64,000 nucleotides of DNA from an uncultured Actinomycetes bacterium (lineage in GTDB: Bacteria; Actinomycetota; UBA4738; HRBIN12): the NCBI GenBank assembly GCA_963704725.1, contig OY969934.1:1632001-1696000 (forward strand), in the 5' to 3' direction. The position numbers and the translations under genes are program-made. The notes below the pieces were generated by a model that saw only the letters and a list, made by a program, of their open reading frames with translations, was not told where the DNA came from and made no database searches. Positions within the stretch are counted from its first letter, which is position 1, and every line of letters starts with the position of its first letter. Positions 9,216-18,850 of the stretch are shown piece by piece.

Positions 9216-11740
9216 CGGCGATCCGGATCCCGGAGCTCTCCCTCGTCGTGCTCGTCGGCGCGAGCGGGTCGGGCAAGTCCACCTTCGCGAGCCGGCACTT
9301 CCGGCCGACGGAGGTGCTCTCATCGGACGCGTTCCGGGGGATCGTGGGCGACGACGAGAACGACATGGCGGTCACGGCCGAGGCCTTCGACGCGCTGCAC
9401 CACGTGGCCGCCCTCCGCCTGAGGCTGGGGCGTCTCACCGTGGTCGACGCCACGAACGTCCAGCCGAGCGCGCGCGCTCCGCTCGTCGAGCTGGCTCGCG
9501 CCCACCACGTGCTTCCCGTCGCCGTCGTCCTGGACGTTCCCGAACGCACGTGCCTGGAGCGCAACCGCCTCCGGCCCGATCGCGACTTCGGCGCGCACGT
9601 CGTCCGTCGCCAGCTCTCGTCGCTCCGCCGGTCCCTCGGCCGCCTCGAGCGCGAGGGATTCCGGCGCGTGTTCGTGCTGCGCGGGGAAGCGGAGGTCGAG
9701 GGCGCCGAGGTCACCCGGGAGCGGTCGTGGACCGACCGCTCGGACGAGCGCGGGCCGTTCGACATCGTGGGCGACGTGCATGGATGCCACGACGAGCTGA
9801 TCGAGCTCCTGGCCGAGCTGGGCTACGTCGCGGCGGACGGCGTGTGGCGGCACCCCGAGGGACGGACGGCGGTGTTCCTCGGCGACCTGGTCGATCGGGG
9901 ACCGAACACACCGGCGGTCCTTCGGACGGTGATGGCCATGGTGAAGGCGGACACGGCGATCTGCGTCCCGGGCAACCACGAGAACAAGCTCGTTCGCTCG
10001 ATGAAGGGCCGCGACGTGCAGGTCGCCCACGGGCTGGCCGAGACCCTCGAGCAGCTCGGCGGCGAGCCGGAGGACTTCCGTCGCGAGGCGCTCGAGTTCC
10101 TGGACGGTCTCGTCAGCCACTTCGTGCTCGACGGGGGACGGCTGGTGGTGGCGCACGCGGGCATGCGGCAGGAGATGCAGGGCCGCGCGTCGGCCGCCGT
10201 CCGGGCCTTCGCGCTCTACGGCGAGACCACCGGCGAGATCGACGAGTTCGGATTGCCGGTTCGGTACCGGTGGGCGCAGGACTACCGGGGGTCGGCGATG
10301 GTCGTCTACGGGCACACGCCCGTCCCGGAGCCCGTCTGGCTGAACCACACGATCTGCGTCGACACCGGATGTGTCTTCGGCGGGCGCCTGACCGCCCTCA
10401 GGTACCCGGAGCGAACGCTCGTCTCGGTCCGCGCGCGCCGGACGTACTACGAACCGGCCCGGCCGGTCGCGCCGGCGGACGGCGAGGGCGGGGCCGACGA
10501 CGGAGGGCTGGATCTCGAGGACGTGATGGGCCGGCGGGGCGTGGAGACGAGGCTCCACGGCCGGCTCTCGATCCCGCCCGAGCAGGCGGCCGCGGCTCTG
10601 GAGGCGATGAGCCGGTTCGCCCTGGATCCCCGGTGGCTCGTGTACCTGCCGCCGACGATGGCGCCGACCGCGACGAGCGATCGGACCGATCTGCTCGAAC
10701 ACCCCGACGAGGCGTTCGCGGCGTACGCGCGCGACGGCGTGCGCCGGGTCGTGTGCGAGGAGAAGCACATGGGCTCGCGGGCCGTCGTGATCGTGTGCCG
10801 GGGCGGCGACGTCGCGGCCCGCCGGTTCGGCGTCCCGAGCGACCTCGGAACGATCTACACGCGCACCGGCCGCCCCTTCTTCGCCGACGCCGAGCTGGAG
10901 CGCGCGGTGCTCGCCGAGGTGCGAGCCGCGGCGGAGCGGGCGGGCCTGTGGGACGAGCTCTCCACCGACTGGCTGGCCCTCGACGCCGAGCTGCTGCCGT
11001 GGTCGGTGAAGGCCGAGGAGCTCCTGCGCTCGCAGTACGCCTCGGTGGGCGCATCGGCCGGAGCCGCCCTGGCCGCCGGCGAGGCCGCGGTCGCCGCCGC
11101 CGCCGGCCGGGGGGTCGAGATCGGCGAGCTGTGGGATCGCACGCGGGAGCGCCGCGGGGCGGCGGAGGCGTTCGTGCGGGCGTACCGCCCCTTCTGCTGG
11201 GCGGTGGGTTCCGTGGCGGATCTCCGGCTCGCGCCGTTCCAGGTGTTGGGGGCCGGGGAGTCGACCTTCTTCGACCGGCCGAACGCCTGGCATCTCGAGG
11301 TCGCCGACCGGCTGGCGGACGCCTCCGACGGCCTGCTGATCCGGACGCGAAGCCTCGCGGTCGACGTCGCCGATGCCGAGAGCCGGGCGCGAGGGGCCGC
11401 GTGGTGGGAGGAGCTGACCGCGTCGGGGTGCGAGGGCATGGTGGTCAAGCCGCCCGAGCCCGTCACGCGCGGACGGCGCGGACTCGTGCAGCCCGGCGTC
11501 AAGGTTCGGGGCCGGGAGTACCTCCGCATCATCTACGGGCCCGAGTACACGGAGCCGGCGAACCTCACCCGACTCCGGCAGCGCTCGCTCGGCCCGAAGC
11601 GGTCGCTGGCGCTGCGGGAGTTCGCGCTCGGGGTCGAGGCGATGGAGCGGTTCGCCCGGGGCGAACCGCTCCATCGCGTCCACGAGTGCGTGTTCGCGGT
11701 CCTGGCGCTCGAGAGCGAGCCCGTCGACCCGCGACTCTGA
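9212..11740 (+). CDS. pnkp: Polynucleotide kinase-phosphatase-ligase Pnkp
   Basis: P-loop GASGSGKST; metallophosphoesterase DVHG/GDLVDRG/GNHE; ligase motif EEKHMGSR; C-terminal ESEPVDPRL. GTGA overlap with hen1. Confidence 0.96.
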   Translation: MTAIRIPELSLVVLVGASGSGKSTFASRHFRPTEVLSSDAFRGIVGDDENDMAVTAEAFDALHHVAALRLRLGRLTVVDATNVQPSARAPLVELARAHHVLPVAVVLDVPERTCLERNRLRPDRDFGAHVVRRQLSSLRRSLGRLEREGFRRVFVLRGEAEVEGAEVTRERSWTDRSDERGPFDIVGDVHGCHDELIELLAELGYVAADGVWRHPEGRTAVFLGDLVDRGPNTPAVLRTVMAMVKADTAICVPGNHENKLVRSMKGRDVQVAHGLAETLEQLGGEPEDFRREALEFLDGLVSHFVLDGGRLVVAHAGMRQEMQGRASAAVRAFALYGETTGEIDEFGLPVRYRWAQDYRGSAMVVYGHTPVPEPVWLNHTICVDTGCVFGGRLTALRYPERTLVSVRARRTYYEPARPVAPADGEGGADDGGLDLEDVMGRRGVETRLHGRLSIPPEQAAAALEAMSRFALDPRWLVYLPPTMAPTATSDRTDLLEHPDEAFAAYARDGVRRVVCEEKHMGSRAVVIVCRGGDVAARRFGVPSDLGTIYTRTGRPFFADAELERAVLAEVRAAAERAGLWDELSTDWLALDAELLPWSVKAEELLRSQYASVGASAGAALAAGEAAVAAAAGRGVEIGELWDRTRERRGAAEAFVRAYRPFCWAVGSVADLRLAPFQVLGAGESTFFDRPNAWHLEVADRLADASDGLLIRTRSLAVDVADAESRARGAAWWEELTASGCEGMVVKPPEPVTRGRRGLVQPGVKVRGREYLRIIYGPEYTEPANLTRLRQRSLGPKRSLALREFALGVEAMERFARGEPLHRVHECVFAVLALESEPVDPRL

Positions 11741-11772
11741 GCGCGAGCGGCCCAGCCAGCGCCGGCGAGCGG

Positions 11773-12636
11773 CTATCCCTCGACGGCCTCGCCCTGCGGC
11801 GACACCACGTACCACACGTCGCCGATCTCCTGTCCGTTCGTGTCGCCGGGCTGCTGGTCGCCGCCGAAGTAGTAAAGCGGGTGGCCCGCGTACGTGACCT
11901 GGACGGTGCCGTCCGTCCGCTCGGTGGTCCCGAGCAGCGAGTCGTCGATGCCCTGCCCGCCGGCCGGATCGCCCGTGGCCTCGAAGGCGGGCCAGTTCGC
12001 AGCGCAGTCGTCGTAGCACGTGCTCGTGCCGTCGGTGTCGTTCTCGAACAGATACAGGGTGTTGCCGTCGGCGTCCGTGAGGATGGTCCCGAGCGATGAG
12101 TCCTCGGCCTCGACCTCGGTCTGCCCGGTGGCCTCGTCGCCGCCTCCCTCGTCGCCGCCCTCGACGGCCTCGCCCTGCGGGGACACCACGTACCACACGT
12201 CGCCGATCTCCTGCCCGTTCGTGTCGCCGGGCTGCTGGTCGCCGCCGAAGTAGTACAGGGGCTGGTCGGCGTAGGTGACCTGCACCGTGCCGTCGGTCCG
12301 CTCCGTGGTCCCGAGGAGCGACCCGTCGGCGCCCTGTCCCGCCACGGGGTCGCCGTCGGTCGACAGGGCGGGCCAGTTGGCCGCGCAGTCGTCATAGCAC
12401 GTGCTCGTGCCGTCGGTGTCGTTCTCGAACACATACAGGGTGTTGCCGTCGGCATCCGTGAGGATGGTGCCGAGCTCGGAGTCGGCGGCCACCACCTCCG
12501 ACCCTCCCGATGCGGACCCCGCCGACGGAGACACGGCGCCCCCGCTCCCGGCCTGACCACCGTTGTCGTCGTTCGAGCAGGCGGCGAGGACCAGCAACAT
12601 CGCCGGCGCGACGAGGAGTAGCTTCGTTCTCTGCAT
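11773..12636 (-). CDS. Secreted-repeat lipoprotein (COG4315 / Lipoprotein_15 type)
   Basis: Lipobox LAAC; two copies of GxTLYxF..STCYDDCAANWP...QVTY..PLYYF.GD..PGDTNG...VWYVV. Confidence 0.9.
   Translation of the reverse strand: MQRTKLLLVAPAMLLVLAACSNDDNGGQAGSGGAVSPSAGSASGGSEVVAADSELGTILTDADGNTLYVFENDTDGTSTCYDDCAANWPALSTDGDPVAGQGADGSLLGTTERTDGTVQVTYADQPLYYFGGDQQPGDTNGQEIGDVWYVVSPQGEAVEGGDEGGGDEATGQTEVEAEDSSLGTILTDADGNTLYLFENDTDGTSTCYDDCAANWPAFEATGDPAGGQGIDDSLLGTTERTDGTVQVTYAGHPLYYFGGDQQPGDTNGQEIGDVWYVVSPQGEAVEG
11777..12486. repeat. Intragenic tandem duplication, 381-bp offset
   Basis: Near-identical DNA blocks start at 11777 and 12158 (CCCTCGACGGCCTCGCCCTGCGG.GACACCACGTACCACACG...). Confidence 0.85.
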
Positions 12637-12771
12637 GGTGGAGACTCCTTCACGGACGGGCGCCGTGACGGCGCGACGGATAGGTCGTGGCGAGCTCGCT
12701 TCCCGGGTCTACGGACGGGCGGCGCGTTCGGTTCGCGGTCCGGCGCCGATGGCTTCGGGTAGCGTGAGGCC

Positions 12772-13755
12772 GTGGAGCTCCGAACGCTGGGCAGGACCGA
12801 CTACCGCGTCGGCGCGGTGGGGTTCGGTGCATGGCAGATCGGCGGCGACGCCTGGGGGCCGGTGGACGAGGAGGCCGGCCTCGACGCGCTCCACGCCGCG
12901 GCCGACGCCGGCGTGACGTTCTTCGACACGGCCGACGTCTACGGGGACGGCCGGAGCGAGCGGCTGATCGGACGGTTCCTGCGCGAACGCGACGAGCGGC
13001 TCGTGGTCGCGACGAAGGTGGGCCGACGAGCCCCGCAGGAGCTGTCCAGCTACCGCGCCGCGAACCTCCGGGCATGGGTGGATCGCTGCCGGGAGAACCT
13101 CGGCGTGGAGTCGCTGGACCTCGTTCAGCTCCACTGCCCGCCCGACGAGGTGTACGAGGCCACCGAGGTCTTCGAGGCGATGGACGCGCTCGTTGCCGAC
13201 GGCGTCATGGCCCACTACGGCGTGAGCGTCGAGACCGTCGAGCAGGCGCTGCGCGCGATCGGCCACCCGAACGTCGCGACGGTCCAGATCATCTTCAACA
13301 TGTTCCGGCACAAGCCCGCGCGCGAGCTCTTCGATGCGGCCGCCGGTGCGAACGTCGGCGTGATCGCCCGCGTGCCGCTCGCCTCCGGCTTGCTCACGGG
13401 ATCGATCGGTCGCGACGCTTCGTTCGCCGAACGAGACCATCGGAGCTACAACCGGGAGGGCCAGGAGTTCGACCAGGGGGAGACGTTCTCGGGCGTGCCG
13501 CTCGACGTCGGGGTCGAGGCGGTGCAGGAGCTCCGAGGCCTGGCCGGGGACGGGGCCACGCTCGCCCAGGTGGCGCTGCGGTGGATCCTGATGTTCCCGG
13601 AGGTCGGCACCGTCATCCCCGGGGCGCGAAGCGCGGACCAGGCGCGGCAGAACGCCGCGGCGGGCTCGCTGCCGCCGCTCGGGGACGACGTCATGTCGCT
13701 GGTGGCGGACGTGTACGAGCGGCGGATCGCGCCGCTCGTCGACCATCGTTGGTAG
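12772..13755 (+). CDS. Aldo/keto reductase
   Basis: GFGAWQIGG, FFDTADVYGDGRSE, ATK, LDLVQLH, IARVPLASGLL, VIPGA. Confidence 0.95.
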   Translation: MELRTLGRTDYRVGAVGFGAWQIGGDAWGPVDEEAGLDALHAAADAGVTFFDTADVYGDGRSERLIGRFLRERDERLVVATKVGRRAPQELSSYRAANLRAWVDRCRENLGVESLDLVQLHCPPDEVYEATEVFEAMDALVADGVMAHYGVSVETVEQALRAIGHPNVATVQIIFNMFRHKPARELFDAAAGANVGVIARVPLASGLLTGSIGRDASFAERDHRSYNREGQEFDQGETFSGVPLDVGVEAVQELRGLAGDGATLAQVALRWILMFPEVGTVIPGARSADQARQNAAAGSLPPLGDDVMSLVADVYERRIAPLVDHRW

Positions 13756-13766
13756 AGGGAGGAACC

Positions 13767-14759
13767 GTGTCCAAGGTCCGGTGGGGTGTGCTGTCGACGG
13801 CGAACATCGGGGTCGCCAAGGTGATCCCCGGGATGCGCCGGGGCGACCGGTCGGAGGTCGTGGCCATCGCCTCGCGGGACGCCGCGACGGCCGAGGAGGC
13901 GGCGCGCCGCCTCGAGATCCCCCGGGCGCACGGGAGCTACGGGGCCCTGCTCGAGGACCCCGACGTCGAGGCCGTGTACATCCCGCTCCCGAACCACCTG
14001 CACGCGGAGTGGACGATGCGCGCCGCCGCCGCGGGCAAGCACGTGCTCTGCGAGAAGCCGCTCGCGATGAGCGCACGCGAGGCGGCCGAGATGGTCGAGG
14101 CCTGCGCGGAGGCCGGCGTGAAGCTCATGGAGGCGTTCATGTACCGCCTGCACCCGCAATGGGTTCGGGTCCGCGAGGTCGTGGCGTCGGGTCGGCTCGG
14201 CGAGCTGCGGGCCGTCGAGTCCTTCTTCTCGTACTTCAACGACGACCCTCAGGACATCCGCAACGTCGTCGACTTCGGGGGCGGCGCGCTGATGGACGTG
14301 GGGTGTTACCCGATCAACGTGTCGCGGATGCTCTTCGGGACCGAGCCCACGCGGGTGCAGGCGTCGATCCGCCGCGATCCGCGGTTCGGGACGGATGTCG
14401 TGACCTCCGCGCTGATGGAGTTCGGGCAGGGTCATTCCGCGTTCACCTGCGCCACGCAGCTCGAGCCCTATCAGCGGGTCCACGTGGTCGGGACCGAGGG
14501 GCGACTGCTCGTGGAGATCCCGTTCAACATCCCCACGGACCGCCCGTCGCGCCTCCTGCTCACCGCAGGAGGTGATCCGCCCGTCGCGCCCAACACCGAG
14601 GTGATCGAGGTCCCGGCTGCCGATCAGTACGGCGTCATGGCCGATGGGTTCGCCCGGGCGATCTTGGAGGACGGGCCGGTGCCCACGCCGCCGGACGACG
14701 CCGTCGCGAACATGGCGGTCATCGAGCGGGTGGTCGCCGCGGCCGAAACCGAGGGCTGA
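13767..14759 (+). CDS. Gfo/Idh/MocA family oxidoreductase
   Basis: VRWGVLSTANIG, AVYIPLPNHLH, GKHVLCEKPLA, GGGALMDVGCY; GGAGG RBS. Confidence 0.95.
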   Translation: MSKVRWGVLSTANIGVAKVIPGMRRGDRSEVVAIASRDAATAEEAARRLEIPRAHGSYGALLEDPDVEAVYIPLPNHLHAEWTMRAAAAGKHVLCEKPLAMSAREAAEMVEACAEAGVKLMEAFMYRLHPQWVRVREVVASGRLGELRAVESFFSYFNDDPQDIRNVVDFGGGALMDVGCYPINVSRMLFGTEPTRVQASIRRDPRFGTDVVTSALMEFGQGHSAFTCATQLEPYQRVHVVGTEGRLLVEIPFNIPTDRPSRLLLTAGGDPPVAPNTEVIEVPAADQYGVMADGFARAILEDGPVPTPPDDAVANMAVIERVVAAAETEG

Positions 14760-14760
14760 G

Positions 14761-15537
14761 TCAGGCCCGGCCGTCCGCGAGCGACCGCGCGCTCGCGAGG
14801 GCTGCGGCGGCTCCCGACGCGAGGAGATCGGCGTCGACCGCCGGGCAGACGAAGCGGAAGCCGCGCTCGACCATCCGAGCCGCGCGCTCGGGGGAGGGGG
14901 CATGCACCCCGGCCACGATGCGGCGGCGGCGGCTCGCGGCCACGACGGCGTCCAGGGCCTCCAGCAGGTTGGGGTCGGACAGGTCCGCGAAGCTCGACAG
15001 GCCGAGAGCGAGGCTGAGATCGGCCGGGCCCACGTACAGGCCGTCGAGGCCCGGGGTCGAGGCGATCTCGTCGACGGCGGCAAGGCCCTCGGCGGTCTCG
15101 ATCATCGCGAACACGAGGGTCTCGGCCTCGGCTCGGCGGACCTGCTCCGAGCCCGAGCCGAACGCCCCGCGGACGGGCCCGTAGCTCCGGGCGCCGGTCG
15201 GGGGGTACCTGGCGAAGGCGACGAGGGCCTCGGCCTCGGTGCGTGAGCCGACCATGGGGCAGATCACCCCGCGGGCCCCGACGTCGAGCGCGCGCATGAT
15301 CTCGGCGGGATCGTTCCACCGCAGTCTGACGAGCGGCACCGCGCCGGCCCGCTCGATCGCTTCGAGGATCGCCGGCGCGTCCCCGGGCTCGGCCTCCCCA
15401 TGCTGAGCGTCCAGCGTGACCGCGTCGAACCCCGCGGCGGCCAGCAGCCCGGCCGAACCCCGCCCGGCCAGCGCGAGCCACGCGTTCCACACGACCCGGT
15501 CGCCGGCCAAGCGCCCACGGAGCTCCTCGATCGACAT
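14761..15537 (-). CDS. HpcH/HpaI aldolase family protein
   Basis: FDAVTLDAQHG, RALDVGARGVICPMV, RYPPTGARSYG, MIETAEGL, GLYVGPADL. Confidence 0.92.
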   Translation of the reverse strand: MSIEELRGRLAGDRVVWNAWLALAGRGSAGLLAAAGFDAVTLDAQHGEAEPGDAPAILEAIERAGAVPLVRLRWNDPAEIMRALDVGARGVICPMVGSRTEAEALVAFARYPPTGARSYGPVRGAFGSGSEQVRRAEAETLVFAMIETAEGLAAVDEIASTPGLDGLYVGPADLSLALGLSSFADLSDPNLLEALDAVVAASRRRRIVAGVHAPSPERAARMVERGFRFVCPAVDADLLASGAAAALASARSLADGRA

Positions 15538-15625
15538 CGGCGCATCGTAGAGCCCTGGGGCGGCTTGAGGCGCCTGCTCGGGCGGCCGTACACTGCCCGT
15601 ACCGACCTCCCGAGGAGGGGTTGTC

Positions 15626-16288
15626 GTGCCCGACGACGTGCCGGACGACGGCTGGAACGACCCGGAGCCCGAAGCCGAAGCTCCCGAGGTCGGGCACGAC
15701 GACATCATGAAGCGGCTCGTCGACTACCAGCGGTCCCTCCGCGAGGGGGCGTCGCCCACGGAGGCGGTCGAGACCCTCTTCACCGAACGGCTCCAGACGG
15801 AGAGCCCCACCACGACCGGCGAGCTCGTGGACCTGTCCTCGGCGGATCCGACCTTCGAGGTCGAGTCCCTCCCGGAGCCCGCCGACGAGATCGAGCCCGA
15901 GCCGGCGGGTCCGTCGCCCTCGGAGCCGGTGCCGGCCACCCTCGGCGAGGAGCCCGAACCGGAGATGGCAGCGTCCCGCGAGGAGCCCGAACCGGAGACG
16001 ACGGAGGTGGCCCACGAGCGCGAGCCGGCGATCGAGGAGGAGCCGGACGTCGGGCCAGAGCCGGTGCCGGGCTACGTCACCATCCCGGCGAACGTGGGCG
16101 GGTTGCCGGCCGAAACCCGGACGGAGCTCGAAGAGCGGCTCACGGCGCTTGAGGATCGGCTCCAGCGTCTCGGATCGAAGGTGGGCGAACTGCGCCGCAA
16201 CTTCCAGGACATGGCGATCGCCGCCGACGAGCGACTCGCCTCCATGGAGGACGAGATCGGCCGCGTCGCTCACGAAGGTGAGATGTAG
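15626..16288 (+). CDS. Acidic, Pro-rich hypothetical protein with C-terminal coiled coil
   Basis: GAGGAGGGG RBS; E/P-rich centre; heptad pattern LEERLTALEDRLQRL. Confidence 0.75.
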   Translation: MPDDVPDDGWNDPEPEAEAPEVGHDDIMKRLVDYQRSLREGASPTEAVETLFTERLQTESPTTTGELVDLSSADPTFEVESLPEPADEIEPEPAGPSPSEPVPATLGEEPEPEMAASREEPEPETTEVAHEREPAIEEEPDVGPEPVPGYVTIPANVGGLPAETRTELEERLTALEDRLQRLGSKVGELRRNFQDMAIAADERLASMEDEIGRVAHEGEM

Positions 16289-16337
16289 CCCGAGCTTCGG
16301 AAACGGGCTCCGCACGGTGCCCCTAGACTCGGGGAAC

Positions 16338-16411
16338 GGGGCGGTAGCTCAGTTGGTCAGAGCAGCGGACTCATAATCCGTCGGTCGCTGGTTCAAGTCC
16401 AGCCCGCCCCA
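16338..16411 (+). tRNA. tRNA with CAT anticodon, most likely Ile2 (lysidine-modified)
   Basis: GGGGCGG/CCGCCCC acceptor, GCGGA-CT-CAT-AA-TCCGT arm. It lacks initiator features (paired 1:72, no GGG/CCC anticodon stem). Ile2 over Met is inferred from sequence type. Confidence 0.93.
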
Positions 16412-16540
16412 CGAGGAAGAGCCCTGGTCAGAGCCCATACCCTGGCTTTGGTGCGCTTGTCCCGGGGAGGGGCCGTCCCGCGGCGTTCCGCGACCCAGGG
16501 CCGTGCCCAACCGTTGAACGGCCGGTGATAGAAAGGGCCC

Positions 16541-17083
16541 ATGGCGAGGACGTGGTTGTCGGTTCGGGTGGAGCTCGTCGGAGGACGCGGCGAACACTTC
16601 TGGCCTCGCCCCGGGCGGATCTTCGCGGCCGCCCCGACTCACACCTTCGCCGAGCTTGCGAGCGCGATCGACGACGCGTTCGCTCGCTGGGATCGCGCCC
16701 ACCTCCACTCGTTCACTCTCGCCGATGGAACGAGACTGGAGACACCCTACGAGGACTGGGAGGATGGGCCTCCGGCCCTCGATGACCGCCGGGCCAGGCT
16801 CGGCCGGCTCAAGCCGGGGGAGCAGTTCGAGTACGTGTTCGACTTCGGCGACGGCTGGACCCATCTGTGTACCGTGGCCGAAGAACGCGTCGACCCGGAA
16901 CAGATCCTGGGGATCGCTTCGAGCGCTCCGCTTCCCTACTGGGGATGGGGCAACCTCCCCGACCAGTACGGACGACGGTGGGATGGCGACGATGGCGAGT
17001 CCGAGCCGCCCGAGGCCCCGGGCCCGGCTGATCTACCGATCCTTCGACTCCGGTGGGGGCAGGACCCTGAGGCTGAGCCCTGA
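16541..17083 (+). CDS. pRiA4b ORF-3 / IS1096 passenger TnpR-like protein
   Basis: LASAIDDAFARWDRAHLHSF and FEYVFDFGDGWTH motifs. Confidence 0.85.
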   Translation: MARTWLSVRVELVGGRGEHFWPRPGRIFAAAPTHTFAELASAIDDAFARWDRAHLHSFTLADGTRLETPYEDWEDGPPALDDRRARLGRLKPGEQFEYVFDFGDGWTHLCTVAEERVDPEQILGIASSAPLPYWGWGNLPDQYGRRWDGDDGESEPPEAPGPADLPILRLRWGQDPEAEP

Positions 17084-17149
17084 TCGCCGCGTTCGTGCAA
17101 CTGCAGAAGGCCACGCCGACGTCATAGGTGCAGTAGCGCAGCCTTCGAG

Positions 17150-17185
17150 ACTGCAAAGTGATACACATACGTTATACTTTGCAGT
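17150..17185 (+). promoter_or_regulatory. AbiE operon promoter with inverted-repeat operator
   Basis: ACTGCAAAGT-N16-ACTTTGCAGT perfect 10-bp IR; TATACT at 17173-17178 lies 7 nt before the ATG. Confidence 0.8.
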
Positions 17186-17869
17186 ATGTCGAGACCGATC
17201 CAGCGGATCGCTGAGGTGGCCGAAGACCAGTGGGGGCTGATCACCCGTCAACAGGCCGAGCAGGCCGGGGTGCCTTGGCCGACCCTCTCGCGTCTGACCA
17301 GGGACGGGCTGCTCGAACGAGCGGATCGGGGCGTGTACCGGATTCGCGGCGCCGACCCCCCGGACCACCTCTCGCTACGTGCCGCCTGGCTCCAGCTCGA
17401 TCCCACCGTGCCGGCATGGAGACGGCTCGACGATCCCAAGGTCGCCGTCGTCTCCCACACGTCCGCCGCCGCCCTGTACGGCGTCGGCGACCTTCGTCCG
17501 GACATCCACGAGTTCACGCTTCCGGTGCGTCGGCAGTCTCGGCGCAGGGACATCCGGCTCCATCGGGGAACCCTCGGCGGCGCCGACGTCCTCATGCTCC
17601 ATGGGCTCCCCGCGACGGTCGCCGGTCGAATGATCGGCGACCTCCTAGCAGACCACGTCGATCCGGTTGCCGTCGCCCAGATCGTCAGCCAAGTCCTCAC
17701 GCATCTGTACGACTACCCGAGGACCGTGGCCGACCGACTCGCGCCCTTCGCGGCCCGGTTCGGCCTCCGCCGCGGAGACGGAATCGGGGCGCTCGACCAC
17801 ATGCTCCGCCTGGCCGGCAGCCGCGAACGCGAGCTGCTCGTCGCCGAGGCGAAGGACCTGCCCCTGTGA
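17186..17869 (+). CDS. Type IV TA antitoxin, AbiEi family
   Basis: AEDQWGLITRQQA..GLLERADRGVYR winged-helix N-terminus; VVSHTSAAALYG. Confidence 0.9.
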   Translation: MSRPIQRIAEVAEDQWGLITRQQAEQAGVPWPTLSRLTRDGLLERADRGVYRIRGADPPDHLSLRAAWLQLDPTVPAWRRLDDPKVAVVSHTSAAALYGVGDLRPDIHEFTLPVRRQSRRRDIRLHRGTLGGADVLMLHGLPATVAGRMIGDLLADHVDPVAVAQIVSQVLTHLYDYPRTVADRLAPFAARFGLRRGDGIGALDHMLRLAGSRERELLVAEAKDLPL

Positions 17870-18774
17870 GCACGTCGCGGTATTCGACGCCGCAGGCGCT
17901 TCGCGCCGCCGTCACCGATCGACTACGCACGGTGGCCGACGCGCGGAGTGCGCAGCTGAGCGATCTCCTGCGGCAGTTCGCCTACGACCGCTTCCTCGCG
18001 CGGGTCTTCGAGCATGATCCCGACCCCTGGGTGCTGAAGGGCGCGACGGCGATGCTCGCTCGACTGGGTTCTGGAAGCCGTCACACGCTCGATGTCGACC
18101 TGTATCGATCGGCCGGGACGCTCGACGAGGCGGAGGAGGCGCTGCGTGCATCCGCGGCGCTTGACCTCGGCGACTACTTCCGCTTCGAGATTGCGCCGGG
18201 TCGTCGCATGGCTGGACCGATGGCGACACGCCGGCTCGCCGTCACGGCGTATCTCGGCGTGACCGAGTTCACGTCGTTCTCCGTCGACCTCGTCACGGAG
18301 CTGAACATGACCGCAACGCCGGAGTTTGTCGGCCCCCTCGTGGACGTCGATATCCCCGGCCTCATGACCTCCCGATATCGGGTGTATCCCGTCGTCGACC
18401 ACCTTGCCGACAAGGTGTGCGCCATCCACGAGGTCCACGAGCGGGTGGGTGCGCCGGCGGTATCGAGCACCCGGTATCGCGACCTCGCCGACCTTGCGGC
18501 GTTCGCCCGCACCGCAGTCGTGGAAGCCCACGCCCTTAAAGCTGCGCTTCGGTCCGAGCAGGTCCGGCGTGGCCTGAGGCTGCCGACCAAGATCACGATT
18601 CCCTCGGACGGCGGATGGCGCGCCGGGTATGCGCGAGTCGTGCGCGACGCGCACGGACTCGTCGACAGGGACATTGCGGCCGCGATCGAGATCGTGTCGC
18701 GCTTCATCAACCCTGTCCTCGACGGAACCGCCGCCGGTCGATGGGATCCCGTCCGGCTCACCTGGATGGGCTGA
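17866..18774 (+). CDS. Type IV TA toxin, AbiEii/AbiGii nucleotidyltransferase
   Basis: DRFLARVF, WVLKGATAM, RHTLDVD, ADKVCA, RYRDLAD; GTGA overlap with the antitoxin. Confidence 0.92.
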   Translation: MSTSRYSTPQALRAAVTDRLRTVADARSAQLSDLLRQFAYDRFLARVFEHDPDPWVLKGATAMLARLGSGSRHTLDVDLYRSAGTLDEAEEALRASAALDLGDYFRFEIAPGRRMAGPMATRRLAVTAYLGVTEFTSFSVDLVTELNMTATPEFVGPLVDVDIPGLMTSRYRVYPVVDHLADKVCAIHEVHERVGAPAVSSTRYRDLADLAAFARTAVVEAHALKAALRSEQVRRGLRLPTKITIPSDGGWRAGYARVVRDAHGLVDRDIAAAIEIVSRFINPVLDGTAAGRWDPVRLTWMG

Positions 18775-18850
18775 GAGTGCGAGGGGTTGCCGCGAGGAAC
18801 TGGGAACGCGGCCCCGCGACGGACCGGGAACAACGGGAACCGATTCGGTT

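Noticed and set aside
1695-16337. Single integrated element spanning tRNA-Asn to tRNA-Ile2
   Set aside because: No integrase and no duplicated tRNA-Asn 3' end were found, and codon style resembles the host. More likely gradual accretion.
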